64,000 nucleotides of DNA, from contig OX597819.1 in assembly GCA_951406725.2 (NCBI GenBank), forward strand, positions 64,294,001 through 64,358,000. The letters are read 5' to 3'. Position 1 is the first letter of the stretch. Each line of letters starts with the position of its first letter. Of the stretch, positions 12,831 through 24,700 are shown piece after piece. The DNA is from Octopus vulgaris (Eukaryota). The position numbers and the translations under genes are program-made. Under the pieces are notes generated by a model. It ran no database searches and was not told where the DNA came from. It saw nothing but the letters and a program-made list of their open reading frames with translations.

Positions 12831-13810
12831 ACCGATTTTTAAACATTTGAATCGTTATATAATAGAAGATATTCGAAAGAGGTTTTCAACATAACCGCGT
12901 GTTAACCACTTGCTTTGATGGCAAGTTAGATAAAACCCAAAACATTGCCACTGTTGTCATATAAATGTAAAACAACGCTTTACAAGTTGATTCTAATTTC
13001 GTTCCCGAGGAACCTAGTGCTGAATTACAACCAAGTACACCACTTGCAAAGCGATGCCTTCCAAAAATTGTCTACACCGTTTAGAAATAGTATGTTTTCT
13101 CAAGACACGTCAACACGATCTAATGGGTTATCACACTCAACGGTAACTTAAAAAATAGATTTTCTTTTAATTCATTTATCAGCGCCATCTAAATTTTAAA
13201 TATCTGATAGCACAAAAGATTGGCTTTATAGATTGAAAGTTGGTTAAAATCAACGAATAATCACACATACATACAATCGCTCCAACACATGTGTACATTG
13301 GTATTAGATGACACACATTAAAAAAAAACGACTAAACACATATAAATACAAAAACACAAACAACGAACATCAACGCAAATAGAATAAAATCGATTCCCTA
13401 CCATAAACATTATTTTAAAATAACAAATACAGATACAAACGTTAAAAACAAACAGACAACAGAAAATTTCGAATTCGAACTAAAAGAAATACAACTAAAC
13501 AACACATCAACTATTCAAACGCAAATTGATATAAACAAATAAAGAAACAGGGAAGAAGTTATTTAAATTATAGAAAAACTACAAATACTTTCATAAGTAT
13601 AGAAGTATATCGCAGCTTTCCGAATATTCTACTGAAATGCAATGGTACGTGAATGGATAAATACATGTATTCAAATACACACGCACGCACGCACACACAC
13701 ACTTACACACACACAGATATGGTCTCACATATATGTTCACACAAAAAAAAATTATATTTATATATATACATATATATATACATTATATGCATATATATAT
13801 ATAATATATG

Positions 13811-13811
<1 letters not shown>

Positions 13812-13905
<94 letters not shown>
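13812..13905. repeat. (AAT)n microsatellite
   Basis: Perfect tract. Confidence 0.97.
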
Positions 13906-13949
13906 GAATGAACGAGACTTGATATTATGTAAAATCAGTTGGCTGTCAT

Positions 13950-14010
13950 AACTAAACTCAGAGTTTCGAATGCCGGAGATGACGTCTGCTGCAGCATCTC
14001 GTCAATTATT
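13950..14010 (-). ncRNA. Type I hammerhead motif, inverted partner copy (degenerate)
   Basis: Minus strand AATAA-TTGACGA-GATGC...GCATT-C-GAAA-CTC-T-GAG-TT; C3>U and stem I partly lost. Confidence 0.65.
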
Positions 14011-14159
14011 CAGACACACGCTATGAACAAAAAAAGAAAAACCCGTTGAAAAAAAAGAAATTACTCCAATAGGCATGGGGAAATTAATAGTCCATTCATA
14101 AAATCCGCATATGCACACAGATACGCATACATACACGTACGCACACAAACACACACATA

Positions 14160-14209
<50 letters not shown>

Positions 14210-14333
14210 CACATACACGCCTGTACATATACATACAAACACACATATAAACATAAGAATGAAGTATTACTTTCCCCATACGTATTGCAGTAATTTCCCT
14301 TTATTAACTGTTTTTTTTCATAGCGTTTGTCTT

Positions 14334-14394
14334 AATAACTGATGATATGCCGGAGCAGACTTCAGCCCCGGCATCTGAAATTCTGAGTTTTATT
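14334..14394 (+). ncRNA. Type I hammerhead ribozyme motif
   Basis: AATAA-CTGATGA-T-ATGCCGG...CCGGCAT-CT-GAAA-TTC-T-GAG-T-T-TTATT: stem I AATAA/TTATT, 7-bp stem II, near-palindromic stem III with a 1-nt loop, GUU triplet. Confidence 0.75.
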
Positions 14395-14417
14395 ATGACA
14401 ACCAACTAATTGTCACA

Positions 14418-14467
<50 letters not shown>

Positions 14468-14505
14468 TACACACACACACATATATATATATGTGTGTAT
14501 GTGTG

Positions 14506-14575
<70 letters not shown>

Positions 14576-14639
14576 CGTGTGTGTGTATATTCCTGTATTT
14601 TTTTATGCTTTGACATGTTTCAACCCAGGAATTTTTGGG

Positions 14640-14897
14640 GGGTGAAGGAGATGGGTCGATGTCGCTGCGCTCTTTTGAGTTTGCTAGCTTGGTATTGGTT
14701 CACCTTGGACTTTGGATAGCCAGAGGTTAAGTTATTTCTGGAAAACATCTGCCTCACTACTCCATGGAGATCCAGCAGGTATTTTGGCAAGGAGCTAAAT
14801 AGCTGTGGGTGCTTGAAACCCAAACCATTGCAGTAAATTGTTCTCGCATTAGATGAGACAGCTGCGACTTTTGAAATAGTGTAGTGACGTCCAATTC
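14640..14897 (-). mobile_element. Old CR1-clade LINE 3' ORF2 fragment (related subfamily)
   Basis: RIGRHYTISKV...RTIYCNGLGFKHPQLFSSLPKYLLDLHGV aligns to RTGRPCVVPR...RIRYCDNLGFRGPQLFNILPKNLRDLHGV of the large LINE. Confidence 0.8.
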
Positions 14898-14948
14898 GAA
14901 ACATAAAAATTCGAAAAAATAAAATCATAAAACATAGAAAAGAAATTC

Positions 14949-15121
14949 TACGTGGCGTAGTTGGAACTGGGAACACTGAAGAATGGGAATATTCTTTCTG
15001 TTGTATATCACGTTTCTGATTTTATCGTTGTCCGAAAAAATTTTGTTTCTATGCTTTTGTCTTTATGTTTTCATTTCTCATTGTGTTCAACGTTTTTTTG
15101 ATGTCCTCTACCCATATAAGC

Positions 15122-15171
<50 letters not shown>

Positions 15172-15990
15172 TTGTATATGTAAGTATGTACATATATGTA
15201 TATATGCATATGTTTATATTATTATATGATCGAACGCCACGCATCCTTTTCCGTAAGTTTTATATTAATAATTACGAGGCGTGCTCTTCCCCTTTACTAT
15301 TTTTTCTCTGTCTATCTCCCTCACGCTCTTGTTCTTCATTCTTTTTAGTTTTCTCTCCCATCCTTCCCTATTCTTCTCCTCTCCCCTTCACCATTCCCTT
15401 TTTCTCACTCCACCTCCTCGACTCTCTCGCCGTTGTCACGTGACGAGTGGGAATCCATCTTTCTGACTACTACCTACGCAAAGACTAAACGGGCTTATCC
15501 TGTCTCTTCATAAGCTCGTCTTCTTAAACTTTCAGAATAATTTTCCTATCGTCTTGGCCTAACAACCCTCATCGTTTGTTTTTACTGTTTTGTTCTCCTT
15601 GTTCTGTCTTTTACTATTTTAACTTTTTTATTGTTTTTACTGTTTTTTTCTCACTGTCCTATTCTTGTTACCACTTTCGCCTTCCGCAAAAAAATCCCGA
15701 ATTTTATTTAATTTGCTTTTCGGAAAGGACTGTTTCAACGTAGTCACTTCTTGTCCTTGCCTTCTAAACGTGGATTAGCTGAAACAGAGACAACTGAAGA
15801 AGGGGAATATTCTTTATGTTGTATGTCTCGTCTCTCTGTTTGGTTTTTCGTTGTTCCAAAAAACTAAATCGTTTCTATGTTTTTATTTTATGTTTTCATT
15901 TCTCATTGTGTTCAACGTGTTTGCATATCCTATAACCATATATGCATTTATGTATGTATATATGCATATATTTATATATTATTTATTTTA
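14949..15990 (+). mobile_element. Terminally redundant non-coding element (~818-bp unit, >1.2 copies), retrozyme/Penelope-like, locus 1
   Basis: CTGAAGA..GGGAATATTCTTT...CATTTCTCATTGTGTTCAACG occurs at 14976 and again at 15794. The body is homologous to 45445-46362. A short inverted piece lies at ~14895-14947. Confidence 0.8.
15730..15805 (+). ncRNA. Non-circularly permuted hammerhead-like motif, copy 1
   Basis: Order: [long stem III arm-TTC-TTGTC] [CCTTC-TAAA-CGTGGA...GCTGAAACAG] [GACAA-CTGAAGA-AGGGG]. G12>T and G16.2>T in this copy. Confidence 0.62.
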
Positions 15991-16041
15991 TATTATATTA
16001 TATTACATTATATTATATTATATTATATGATATTATGTTAT

Positions 16042-16084
<43 letters not shown>

Positions 16085-16353
16085 CTTAAGTATTGCCATA
16101 CTAATAACATGGTGTAAAACCCACTCTACGTATTCTTCTGAACGAAGCGTTGGTGGAGCACAGAGATGTAATAAGAAAAGAGATGACAAATGCTTATGAA
16201 CTTCATTACTTGTTTCCACTATGAAAATGCGGTGCACTCGTAGGTACGTGCCTGAGTAACATTTTGCAGTTTCATCAGAGTTTCAAGAATGAAGTGAAGT
16301 GCAATATATTTGGGACAACAAATCAATTTAACCTTTATGATGCGCGATCAATA

Positions 16354-16646
<293 letters not shown>

Positions 16647-16965
16647 CTAACTATCCGTCAAGCTGGCGACCTCTGCCGTTCTCTCACACTATACCTGTGT
16701 TTGTTTCAGTGTGTCTACGTATATATATATATATATATATATATGTTTGTTCTATACTTGTAATTCTATAACAGTTGTTGCTATAAGTAACAAGTACGAG
16801 GAAATGAAGTTCAGACCAAATGATAAGCTGCAGATGTTGTGTAGCGTTCCAGACTGATACAATGTGTCTTAACTCACTAAAGACAAATTTATGTTTAAAT
16901 TTCTCTTGAGATATATACATACATTCTTACATTCATAAATCCACACACAAGTGCATAAACATATA

Positions 16966-17062
<97 letters not shown>

Positions 17063-17071
17063 CTATGTATT

Positions 17072-17278
17072 TGTGCGTATGTTTGCCTCCTACACCATCA
17101 CCTGATAACCGATGTTCGTATGCTTACGTCCCTGTAAATTAGCGGTTCGGGTAAAGGGAACGATTGTATAAGAACTAGGCTTACAAAGAATAACTTCTGG
17201 GATTGAGTCGTGCGATTAAATGCAGAGCTCCAGTATGGCCACAGTGTTATGTCTGAAACAATTAAATGAATAAAAGAA
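17072..17278 (+). mobile_element. SINE family A, 3' half
   Basis: TGATAACCGATG...AATTAGCGGTTCGG...TAGGCTTACAAAGAATAA...CTCCAGTATGGCCACAG...CTGAAAC. Confidence 0.8.
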
Positions 17279-17281
17279 ATA

Positions 17282-17334
<53 letters not shown>

Positions 17335-17560
17335 ATAAATGTTTGTTAAAAAATTTCATCAGAGGTCAGCATAAGAAAAAAACCTTTCACGTTGGAAATT
17401 ATACACTTATAAATAAGGGCAAAAAGGGAAAGAAGTTTTTGCTAATATGTTGAAAAATAGACGGTAAATCGTCTAACCACATATAATATTTTCACATATA
17501 TTATTACACTAAGTACCGAAACGAGGTAAGTAAGCTAACATAAATTCATAAAAACATAAT

Positions 17561-17628
17561 TACTCCCTATTCGGTTGCGATTTCTGGATTAATCCAAAAA
17601 AGGATTTTTACTTCATCAGCTAGGAACA
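17561..17628 (-). ncRNA. Type I hammerhead-like motif (degenerate)
   Basis: Minus strand TTCCTAG-CTGATGA-AG...AATCC/GGATT...A-GAAA-TCG-CAAC-CGA-A-TAGGGA. Confidence 0.55.
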
Positions 17629-18271
17629 CAAAATAAATAAATAAATACAAATCAATGAAATACTTAGACATACCCACGGAAAAGTAGATGCAAAGTCATG
17701 TCTACATTTAAGTACCCCCAAAATATAACCAAATCGAAATTTAGTAGTAATCCTCGGAACAGTTGTAGTCAGGCAGCAAACGCACATATGTCGTTAACCA
17801 GTTCCCATGTGAATGAGAATAAATTTACTTCTAATATAAGGATAATAGTTTACTAAAATGTTTTGTCAGTGGCCAGTATATGAAAAATATATTTTAAGAT
17901 GGAAACTATACAAGTAAAAATAAGAGCACAAAAACAAAAATTATTTGCCAATATGCTGAAATATAGATGCTAAATCTTGTAACCACGTAAAATATATTAT
18001 TTGTATTATTACACCACATGTTGAAACGAGGAAGGCAAGTTAATTCATTTTAAATTCATAAAAATATAGTCATTCCGAAATCGGTTCCGATTTCAGAATT
18101 AATCCAAAAAGGAACACTAAAAATGAAAATAAATGACCGACTACACTTGTGCCAAGGCTTGCTACAGAATTTCGATTTGGATATATTTGGGGTACTTAAT
18201 TGTATACATAACTTTGCATCTGTTTTTCCGTGGGTATGTCGAAGCATTTCATTTATTTTCGTTTTTCTGTG

Positions 18272-18335
18272 TTCCTCGCTGATGAAGGAAAAAATCCTAT
18301 TTGGATTAATCCAGAAATCGGAGCTGATGGGGATT
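18272..18335 (+). ncRNA. Type I hammerhead-like motif (degenerate, inverted partner)
   Basis: TTCCTCG-CTGATGA-A-GGA...AATCC-TATTT-GGATT...TCC-A-GAAA-TCGG-AG-CTGA-T-G; position 17 is G in this copy. Confidence 0.55.
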
Positions 18336-18572
18336 AACTACATTTTTATGGATTTCAATTACCTTGCTTTCCTCATGGAGCAATAATGCAAGTGAAAATA
18401 TTTTATGTGGTTAGATGACTTAGCATCTATTTTTCAGCATATTGGGAAAATAAACTTTTCTTTTTGCCCTTATTGTGTGTGTGTGTGTATACATGCACAC
18501 ACATACACAAAATCAAATTCAAACATACATAGAAATTTAAATGAATGTTATTATATATATGTTATTATATAT

Positions 18573-18727
18573 AGGAGTGGCTGTGCGTTAAGTAGCTTGC
18601 TTACGAACAACATGGTTCCGGGTTCAGTCCTACTGGGCAAGTGTCTCCTCCTATTGCCTGCGGCCGACCAAAGCCTTGTGAGTGGATTTGGTAGACGGAA
18701 ACTCAAAGAAGCCCGTCGTATATATGC

Positions 18728-18791
<64 letters not shown>

Positions 18792-19012
18792 ATAAATGTT
18801 TGTGTCTGTGTTTGTCTCCCCTCCCCCGAACATCACTTGACAACCGATGCTGGTGTGTTTACGTCCTCGTAATCTAGCGATTCGGCAAAAGAAACCGATA
18901 GAATCAGTACTAGGTTTACAAAGAATAAGTCCTGGGGTCGATTAGCTCGACTAAAGGCGGTGCTCCAGCATGGCCGAGGTCTAATGACTGAAACAAGTAA
19001 AAGAGTAAAAGA
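18573..19012 (+). mobile_element. SINE family A (full length, internal microsatellite)
   Basis: GGAGTGGCTGTGCGTTAAG..GGTTCAGTCC..GGGCAAGTGTCT, then (TA)n, then GGCGGTGCTCCAGCATGGCC...GACTGAAACAAGTAAAAGAG. Confidence 0.9.
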
Positions 19013-19850
19013 GTATAGAGTATATATTGAGAGAGAGAGAGGGAGAGATCGGAAGTGAATGATACATAACATATAGATTCATAAATTATACATATACATA
19101 TACACAAGAATGTACATGTGGATATACGCACGACAACGTCTTTAAGTGCTTACTGCATGTGTTCGTATGCGTGCCAGTGTATGTGTTATGTGCAGCTGAT
19201 TGCTAATTTTCAGAAATTATCAGATAAAAGCTATTGCGCATCCCACCTTTTACTGTCTTCCATACATATTCTCACTAAGAAAGCTTGGGAAGAAAAGCTG
19301 TAGGAAAAGCTTCATGACAGCTTAAAGCCATGTCAATGTTACTGAGACACAGAACATAATAATGGTTTAGAACTGTGATTCACACACTTTTTCGGGCTGC
19401 CGCTCCTTGATGCCCGGGTCACATTCCTAGCGCTCCGCACAAGTTATCTCCACGACCAAAGATCATCTCTGCACCAATTTCAAAACAAATAGAAGTTAAC
19501 CTTATTAACCTATCATTTTGTTATTACCCCCAACACCTCTTTTAGGATACTCCGTTAGCACCCAGCATTACTTCCACGCCTGCTTGAATGTTTCCACCAC
19601 CTTCAGGCAGTACCGCCCACTTTCGGAACCGTTGCGTTAGATTTATCGAAGTTGTTCTAGAATTTACACGTACATTTAGAGTGAAATAAGCATCTGTGCC
19701 GCAGTGAAATAAGCAATTCTGCAGAGGCCTAAAGTTATTTGGAAACCAGAAACACGAGGTTAACGAATATTAACGTTAGAGAAAAAATTCTGCAATAGGC
19801 AACGCTTATTGTGCTTACTAATGTGTGTAGACCTGATAAACTCGGCTACC

Positions 19851-20390
19851 TGTTAGTTAGTTAATGTTTTGGGTCAAAAAGCAAAAAGCAAGGCCATATA
19901 GGGGGACATGGAGTTATGTACAGGGTGGTGTTCATGTAAAGAGTTCAGGCCACTTGTGGTCAAAGGAGACTTTGAACCGAGCGGTCGTTGGCATCTTCAC
20001 TATCTCGTCGGATTACTCCACGGATCCGCAACCCGGATGGAGAAAGCCCCTCTCCTTCGATTGAGACGAAATCGTCACAGATAGAGCTTTTCGGAGTGAC
20101 CCCTTCTGCTGACGCTCTGGAGCAGGAGTGAAGAACAACTCTTTCGGGAGGTTACACTTTCCGCTTATGATGTTGTGAGCAAGATTGAGATCACCACAGC
20201 GTTGCCGTTTTTCTAGAGAATAAAGGTCGAGCATCTTCAGCCTTTCTTCATAAGACAAATGCTTGAAACCAAGAACCATGCGGGTAGCCAGCATCTGGAC
20301 TCTTTCGAGATGCTGTATGTCTTTGAGGAGATAAGGAGAAGAGGCTTGAATCCCGTACTCCAATATGGGTCTCACCAGCGTGACATAAAC
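19851..20390 (-). mobile_element. 5'-truncated CR1 LINE of a second family (RT C-terminus plus 3' UTR with (TAAC)n tail)
   Basis: RPILEYGIQASSPYLLKDIQHLERVQMLATRMVLGFKHLSYEERLKMLDLYSLEKR is the canonical CR1 post-RT region. The terminal tandem TAAC repeat is at 19851-19863. Confidence 0.9.
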
Positions 20391-20465
20391 CTCATCTAGA
20401 CTTAGCTTGTGGTTAGTTCTTAGTATTTTAGAGCGAATATTGACATTCTACTATGCAGTTATAAA

Positions 20466-21034
20466 TACTGCGTTGTCCGGAAAGTTCGTGCCGACTTTTC
20501 AAGGAAAGAAAAAGCCCAATAAATATTTGCCATTAGATATTTAATCAACCTAATATGATCCATTTTGTTGCATAATGCGTTTCCATCTTTCCTATAACTT
20601 GAAAATACCCTCTTCCCAGAATGGAGCTGGTTTCATGGCAAATAATTCATCAAGGTATCTTTTCACGCCATCCAAGGAATTGAAATTTTCACCATTAAGA
20701 CTATTCTGCAGAGACCTGAATAAGTGGAAATCCGAAGGAGAAATATCAGTTTAATATGGAGGGTGGAGTAACACATCCCAGCCGAGCTGCAGCAATTTTT
20801 GCCTGATTCCCAAAGCATCAAGTGCGAAGATTAACTTGCTTATCTTCCATTTTAAAGGGTTACAGAATAAACACACGCTATAGAATCATAAACCTACTTC
20901 AACGAAAAGATATCTTAAACTCTGCTCTAAATTGAGGTGTAGTAAAATCCTATTTTATGGACTCAACCATGTTCTAAAATAAGTCGAAAGGTAAGCTACT
21001 ATAAATCGTCACGAACTTTCCGGACAACTCAATA
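20466..21034 (-). mobile_element. Internally deleted mariner (DD34D) element
   Basis: TIRs GTTGTCCGGAAAGTTCGTG / CACGAACTTTCCGGACAAC with TA flanks. Minus strand has MEDKQVNLR (ATG at 20850) joined to QKLLQLGWDVLLHPPY*TDISPSDFHLFRSLQNSLNG...FWEEGIFKL*ERW, the mariner YSPDLAPSD region. Confidence 0.92.
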
Positions 21035-21418
21035 TATTAGTACGTATTCACGATAAACCCTAAATAAAGACAAAAGCCATCACTACTGATATAGGAGCAC
21101 AATCATTGAACAACCATTGGTATTGTAATTACCTCCCCGCTGTATAAAATCAGTTTATCAGCCTAATATTCTTTTCATCGCTGTTGGACTATTTTCATCT
21201 GCTAATGCAATATCATAAGTTTTAAACAGAGTGCTTTCAGAACAGCATTGAGAATATATTCTCTTGTGCATAAAAGAGCAGCCACCCAACGAACTAACAA
21301 CGCAGACAACTTGTGTATGTGTGACTACGTCTCTCTTTCGTTCACTCTCTCTCCTAATATATATACACACACATACACACATGTATATATGTATATGTAT
21401 ATATGGATATATATATAC

Positions 21419-21462
<44 letters not shown>

Positions 21463-22164
21463 ATATACATACACACACACATATATATATGTATAGATAT
21501 ATAGATAGATATATGGTGAGTTAATTTTTTTTTTTTTTTTTACTTGGAACAAGTGTCTATAATTTTGAAATATCGTTGGCAATCAGCATACGAATCAGTA
21601 TGTTTAATCAATACTATAAGAGTTATAAATATTTAAGTTATATTGATGTCTAAATATGAAAGACTATAACGTAGCAATACACTGATAACGTATATTGGTT
21701 AAAAGATAGTGGAAGCATACCAATTTAACATTTAAGCTCTGTTTTAGTTATGTAATTTAAATGCTTGTATCATTTAAGTGACTTCTACTCTAAGTTTTTA
21801 TGCAGATTTAAAACGTTATCTATTTATTTTCATAAAAGATAATGCCGGAACTGTTATGTCAAGTTATTTTGTATCCTCGCTTCTCGCTCTGTCCATGTTG
21901 TTTTTATAATTATTTTCTATCCGTGAGAAACGAAAGGAACAAAGTTACAAAACATATGACATATATGACTAATGTGTGTGTGTGTTTCACTGGATGTGTG
22001 CGGATATATATATATGTATGTATGTATATATACACATACACATACACACACACATATATAAATGTGTGTGTATCCGTGTATGTATTTCTGCTCGTATACA
22101 TGAGTATATGCACATTCATCGATCGATCCATCCATCCATGCATACATAGACACACGTATATATG

Positions 22165-22232
<68 letters not shown>

Positions 22233-22271
22233 CACATATTCATACATATATACATTTATATATACATATAT

Positions 22272-22322
<51 letters not shown>

Positions 22323-22619
22323 AATGTACATATATGTGTGTGTTTATGTGTGCGTGCGTGTGTATGTGTGTGTATGTGTGTTTTGAATTGCTTTTTCCTC
22401 GTGTATAACCCGATCTATGTATACATGTATAAGTTTATAATATGTATTTGAATTCATAGCATAGCAGCTATATTCATTTTTCTGTCACACCCATCTACCC
22501 ATTGCAAAATAGTGTATTTACTTTTTTCTTTATGCTATAAAAGCTATTAATAAATAATTATGTGAATAAATTAGTTTCGTATCTAAATGATTATAATATA
22601 ACTCCAAAGTATATAAAAG

Positions 22620-22935
22620 CTATCGATTCCTATAATTTTATTTTCGGATTATATTTCATTGGATATTATGTAGTAAGTTAATGCGTCTTGTGTGTTCCTC
22701 CTTAATCTCCTTCATTTGGGACTATTCAAGTGCTTCGATCATTGATTCTTAAGTACTTCTAAATCTCTCTTAAATGAAATCCTCTTATCCATTTTTCTTT
22801 CATCTGCCGATATATTAATCTGTAGTAGTTTTGCTCTCATTAATGTCTCTTTGGCACGTTCATCTAAATCTGTTTCAATGGCAATGTCCTTAATGAATTC
22901 TGGAATCGTTTTGAGAGGATTATTCTTTAGTTTCT
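22620..22935 (-). pseudogene. Degraded coding-like fragment, possibly the N-terminal region of a retroelement ORF
   Basis: About 60 open codons (LKNNPLKTIPEFIKDIAIETDLDERAKETLMRAKLLQIN...) followed by a very degenerate hammerhead-like box. No diagnostic motif. Confidence 0.25.
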
Positions 22936-23412
22936 AATATCATCGCAGCGATATCATGTTTCAGGGCGAACAAATACTTAATTCTAACCAAGGAGAATAT
23001 TGTCAACACAACGGCGGAGAAAAATACAAGGGAAAGGCTTATATATGATCTAGCACAATATGAATCTACAAGTAAACCAGCGATTGAGAATCATATCTCA
23101 CAGCGAGAAAATTCAGAAATTCACATATATACTGTTAATAGAAATCCCATTAGTATTGTTGAAGCAGAAGAGAATCCAACAAATACGCAGAAACATGTCC
23201 AAGGAGTACGTTTAAATGTTGAGATGATTTAAGTCCATAACCATTAAAGTGCAGTCGTTTACTCATTCGTAACTTCTACACAAATACATCCTCTTGTTTA
23301 AGAATGATTTACGAATCATTATTATTATGAAGATAGTTGTTTGGTGTGTTATTATAAAAAATCTATGTAGTGATTGCCGTAAAAGCTACAGAATGAAAAA
23401 CCGATTGGAAGG

Positions 23413-23475
<63 letters not shown>

Positions 23476-23559
23476 TCAATAGCTTTAAAACCTACATCGA
23501 TTATTCAAGTTAGTGCAAAATTGCCGTATCTGCATATTATTGACGTCGCATAATGAAAC

Positions 23560-24310
23560 AAGCTGGTGGAAACGTTAGCACGCCGGGCGAAATTCTTAAC
23601 GGTGTTTTGTCTGTCGTTATGTCATGAGTTCAAATTGCGCCAGGTCGGCTTTTGCTTTCATCATTTTGGGTTCGATAAATTAAGTACCAGTTACGCATTG
23701 GAGTCGATATAATAGACTTAATCCTTTTGTCAGTACTTGTTTGTACCTTCTATGTTTAGCCCCCTTGTAGGCAATAAATAAATAAGAGACGTTAGCATGC
23801 TGGACGAAATGCGTAGTCGTATTTCTTCTGCCGTTACTTCCTGAGTTCAAATTCCGCCTAGGTCGACTTTGCTTTTCATCCTTTCGGGGTCGATGAATGA
23901 AGTACCAGTTACGCACTGTGGTCGATGTAATAGACTTAATCCATTTGTCTGTCCTTGTTTGTCACCTTCGTGTTTAGCCCCTTGTGGGTAGTAACGAGAT
24001 AGGTACTTCGTCTGCCGCTACGTTCTGAGTTCAAATTCCGCCGAGGTCGAATTTGGCTTTCATCCTTTTGGGGTCGATTAAATAAGTACCAGTTAATCCT
24101 TTTGTCTTTTCCTTGTTTGTCCCTTCTGTGTTTAGCCCTTTGTGGATAGTAAAGAAATGGGTATTTCGTCCTTCTTTACGTTCTCAGTTCAGATTCTGTC
24201 GAGAGTGACTTTGCCTTTCATCCTTTCTGGATCAATAAATAATGTACCAGTTGCATCCTCTGGTCGATCTAATGGACTGGCTCTTTCCTCCCTCTTGTGC
24301 CTATAATAGA
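23560..24310 (+). mobile_element. Tandem array of ~4 SINE family B bodies
   Basis: The unit GAGTTCAAATTCCGCC-AGGTCGACTTTGC-TTTCATCC...GTACCAGTT...TTTAGCCCCTTGTGGG recurs, starting at ~23560, 23788, 24001 and 24161. Confidence 0.9.
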
Positions 24311-24507
24311 AATGATTATTGTACAGATAGTTGTTTGGGGGTTAATCAGTACTATGCAAATCTATATAGTGAGAGGAGTAAAAGCTACGTAATGAAAAAC
24401 AATTTGAAAGTATTACCCACATAGGTATCAATGGCTTTAAAACGTGCTTCGAGTATCCAAGTCAGCGCAAAATTGCCAAATCTGTTGCATTATTATCGCA
24501 GCATAGG

Positions 24508-24700
24508 TGTAGCGAACTGGCAGAATCGTTAGCACAGAGCGCAAAATACTTAGCGGCATTTCGTCTATGTGTACATCCCTAGTTCAAACTCCACCGAGGA
24601 TGAGTTCATTTCGGAGTCGATAAAATGCGTCCCAATTGAACTCTGGAGGTCAGTGTAATCTTCTTAATCCTTCCTAGTTCTTACTGGTATTGTGTCAAAA
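24508..24700 (+). mobile_element. SINE family B, degenerate (in duplicated segment)
   Basis: GCGAACTGGCAGAATCGTTAGCAC...AGTTCAAACTCCACCGAGG. Confidence 0.75.

Larger units (their letters stand above)
13925..14420. repeat. Inverted repeat (arms ~13925-14101 and ~14233-14420) around a microsatellite; each arm carries a hammerhead motif
   Basis: Arms are reverse complements, e.g. GTTGGCTGTCATAA/TTATGACAACCAAC and GAAATTACTCCAATAGGCATGGGGAAA/TTTCCCCATACGTATTGCAGTAATTTC. Confidence 0.85.
17331..18474. mobile_element. Partial tandem (~507-bp unit: 17331-17837, 17838-18135) plus inverted copy (18137-18474) of a hammerhead-bearing non-coding repeat
   Basis: Direct homology AAGGATAA...TAAG(G/A)GCA...AACCAC...GAAACGAGG...ATTAATCCAAAAA. 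Inverted homology CATACCCACGGAAAA/TTTTCCGTGGGTATG and ATAAGGGCAAAAAG/CTTTTTGCCCTTAT. Confidence 0.85.

Noticed and set aside
23560-24310. Repeat array resembling CRISPR
   Set aside because: Units are 150-220 bp SINE bodies without unique spacers, and there are no cas genes.
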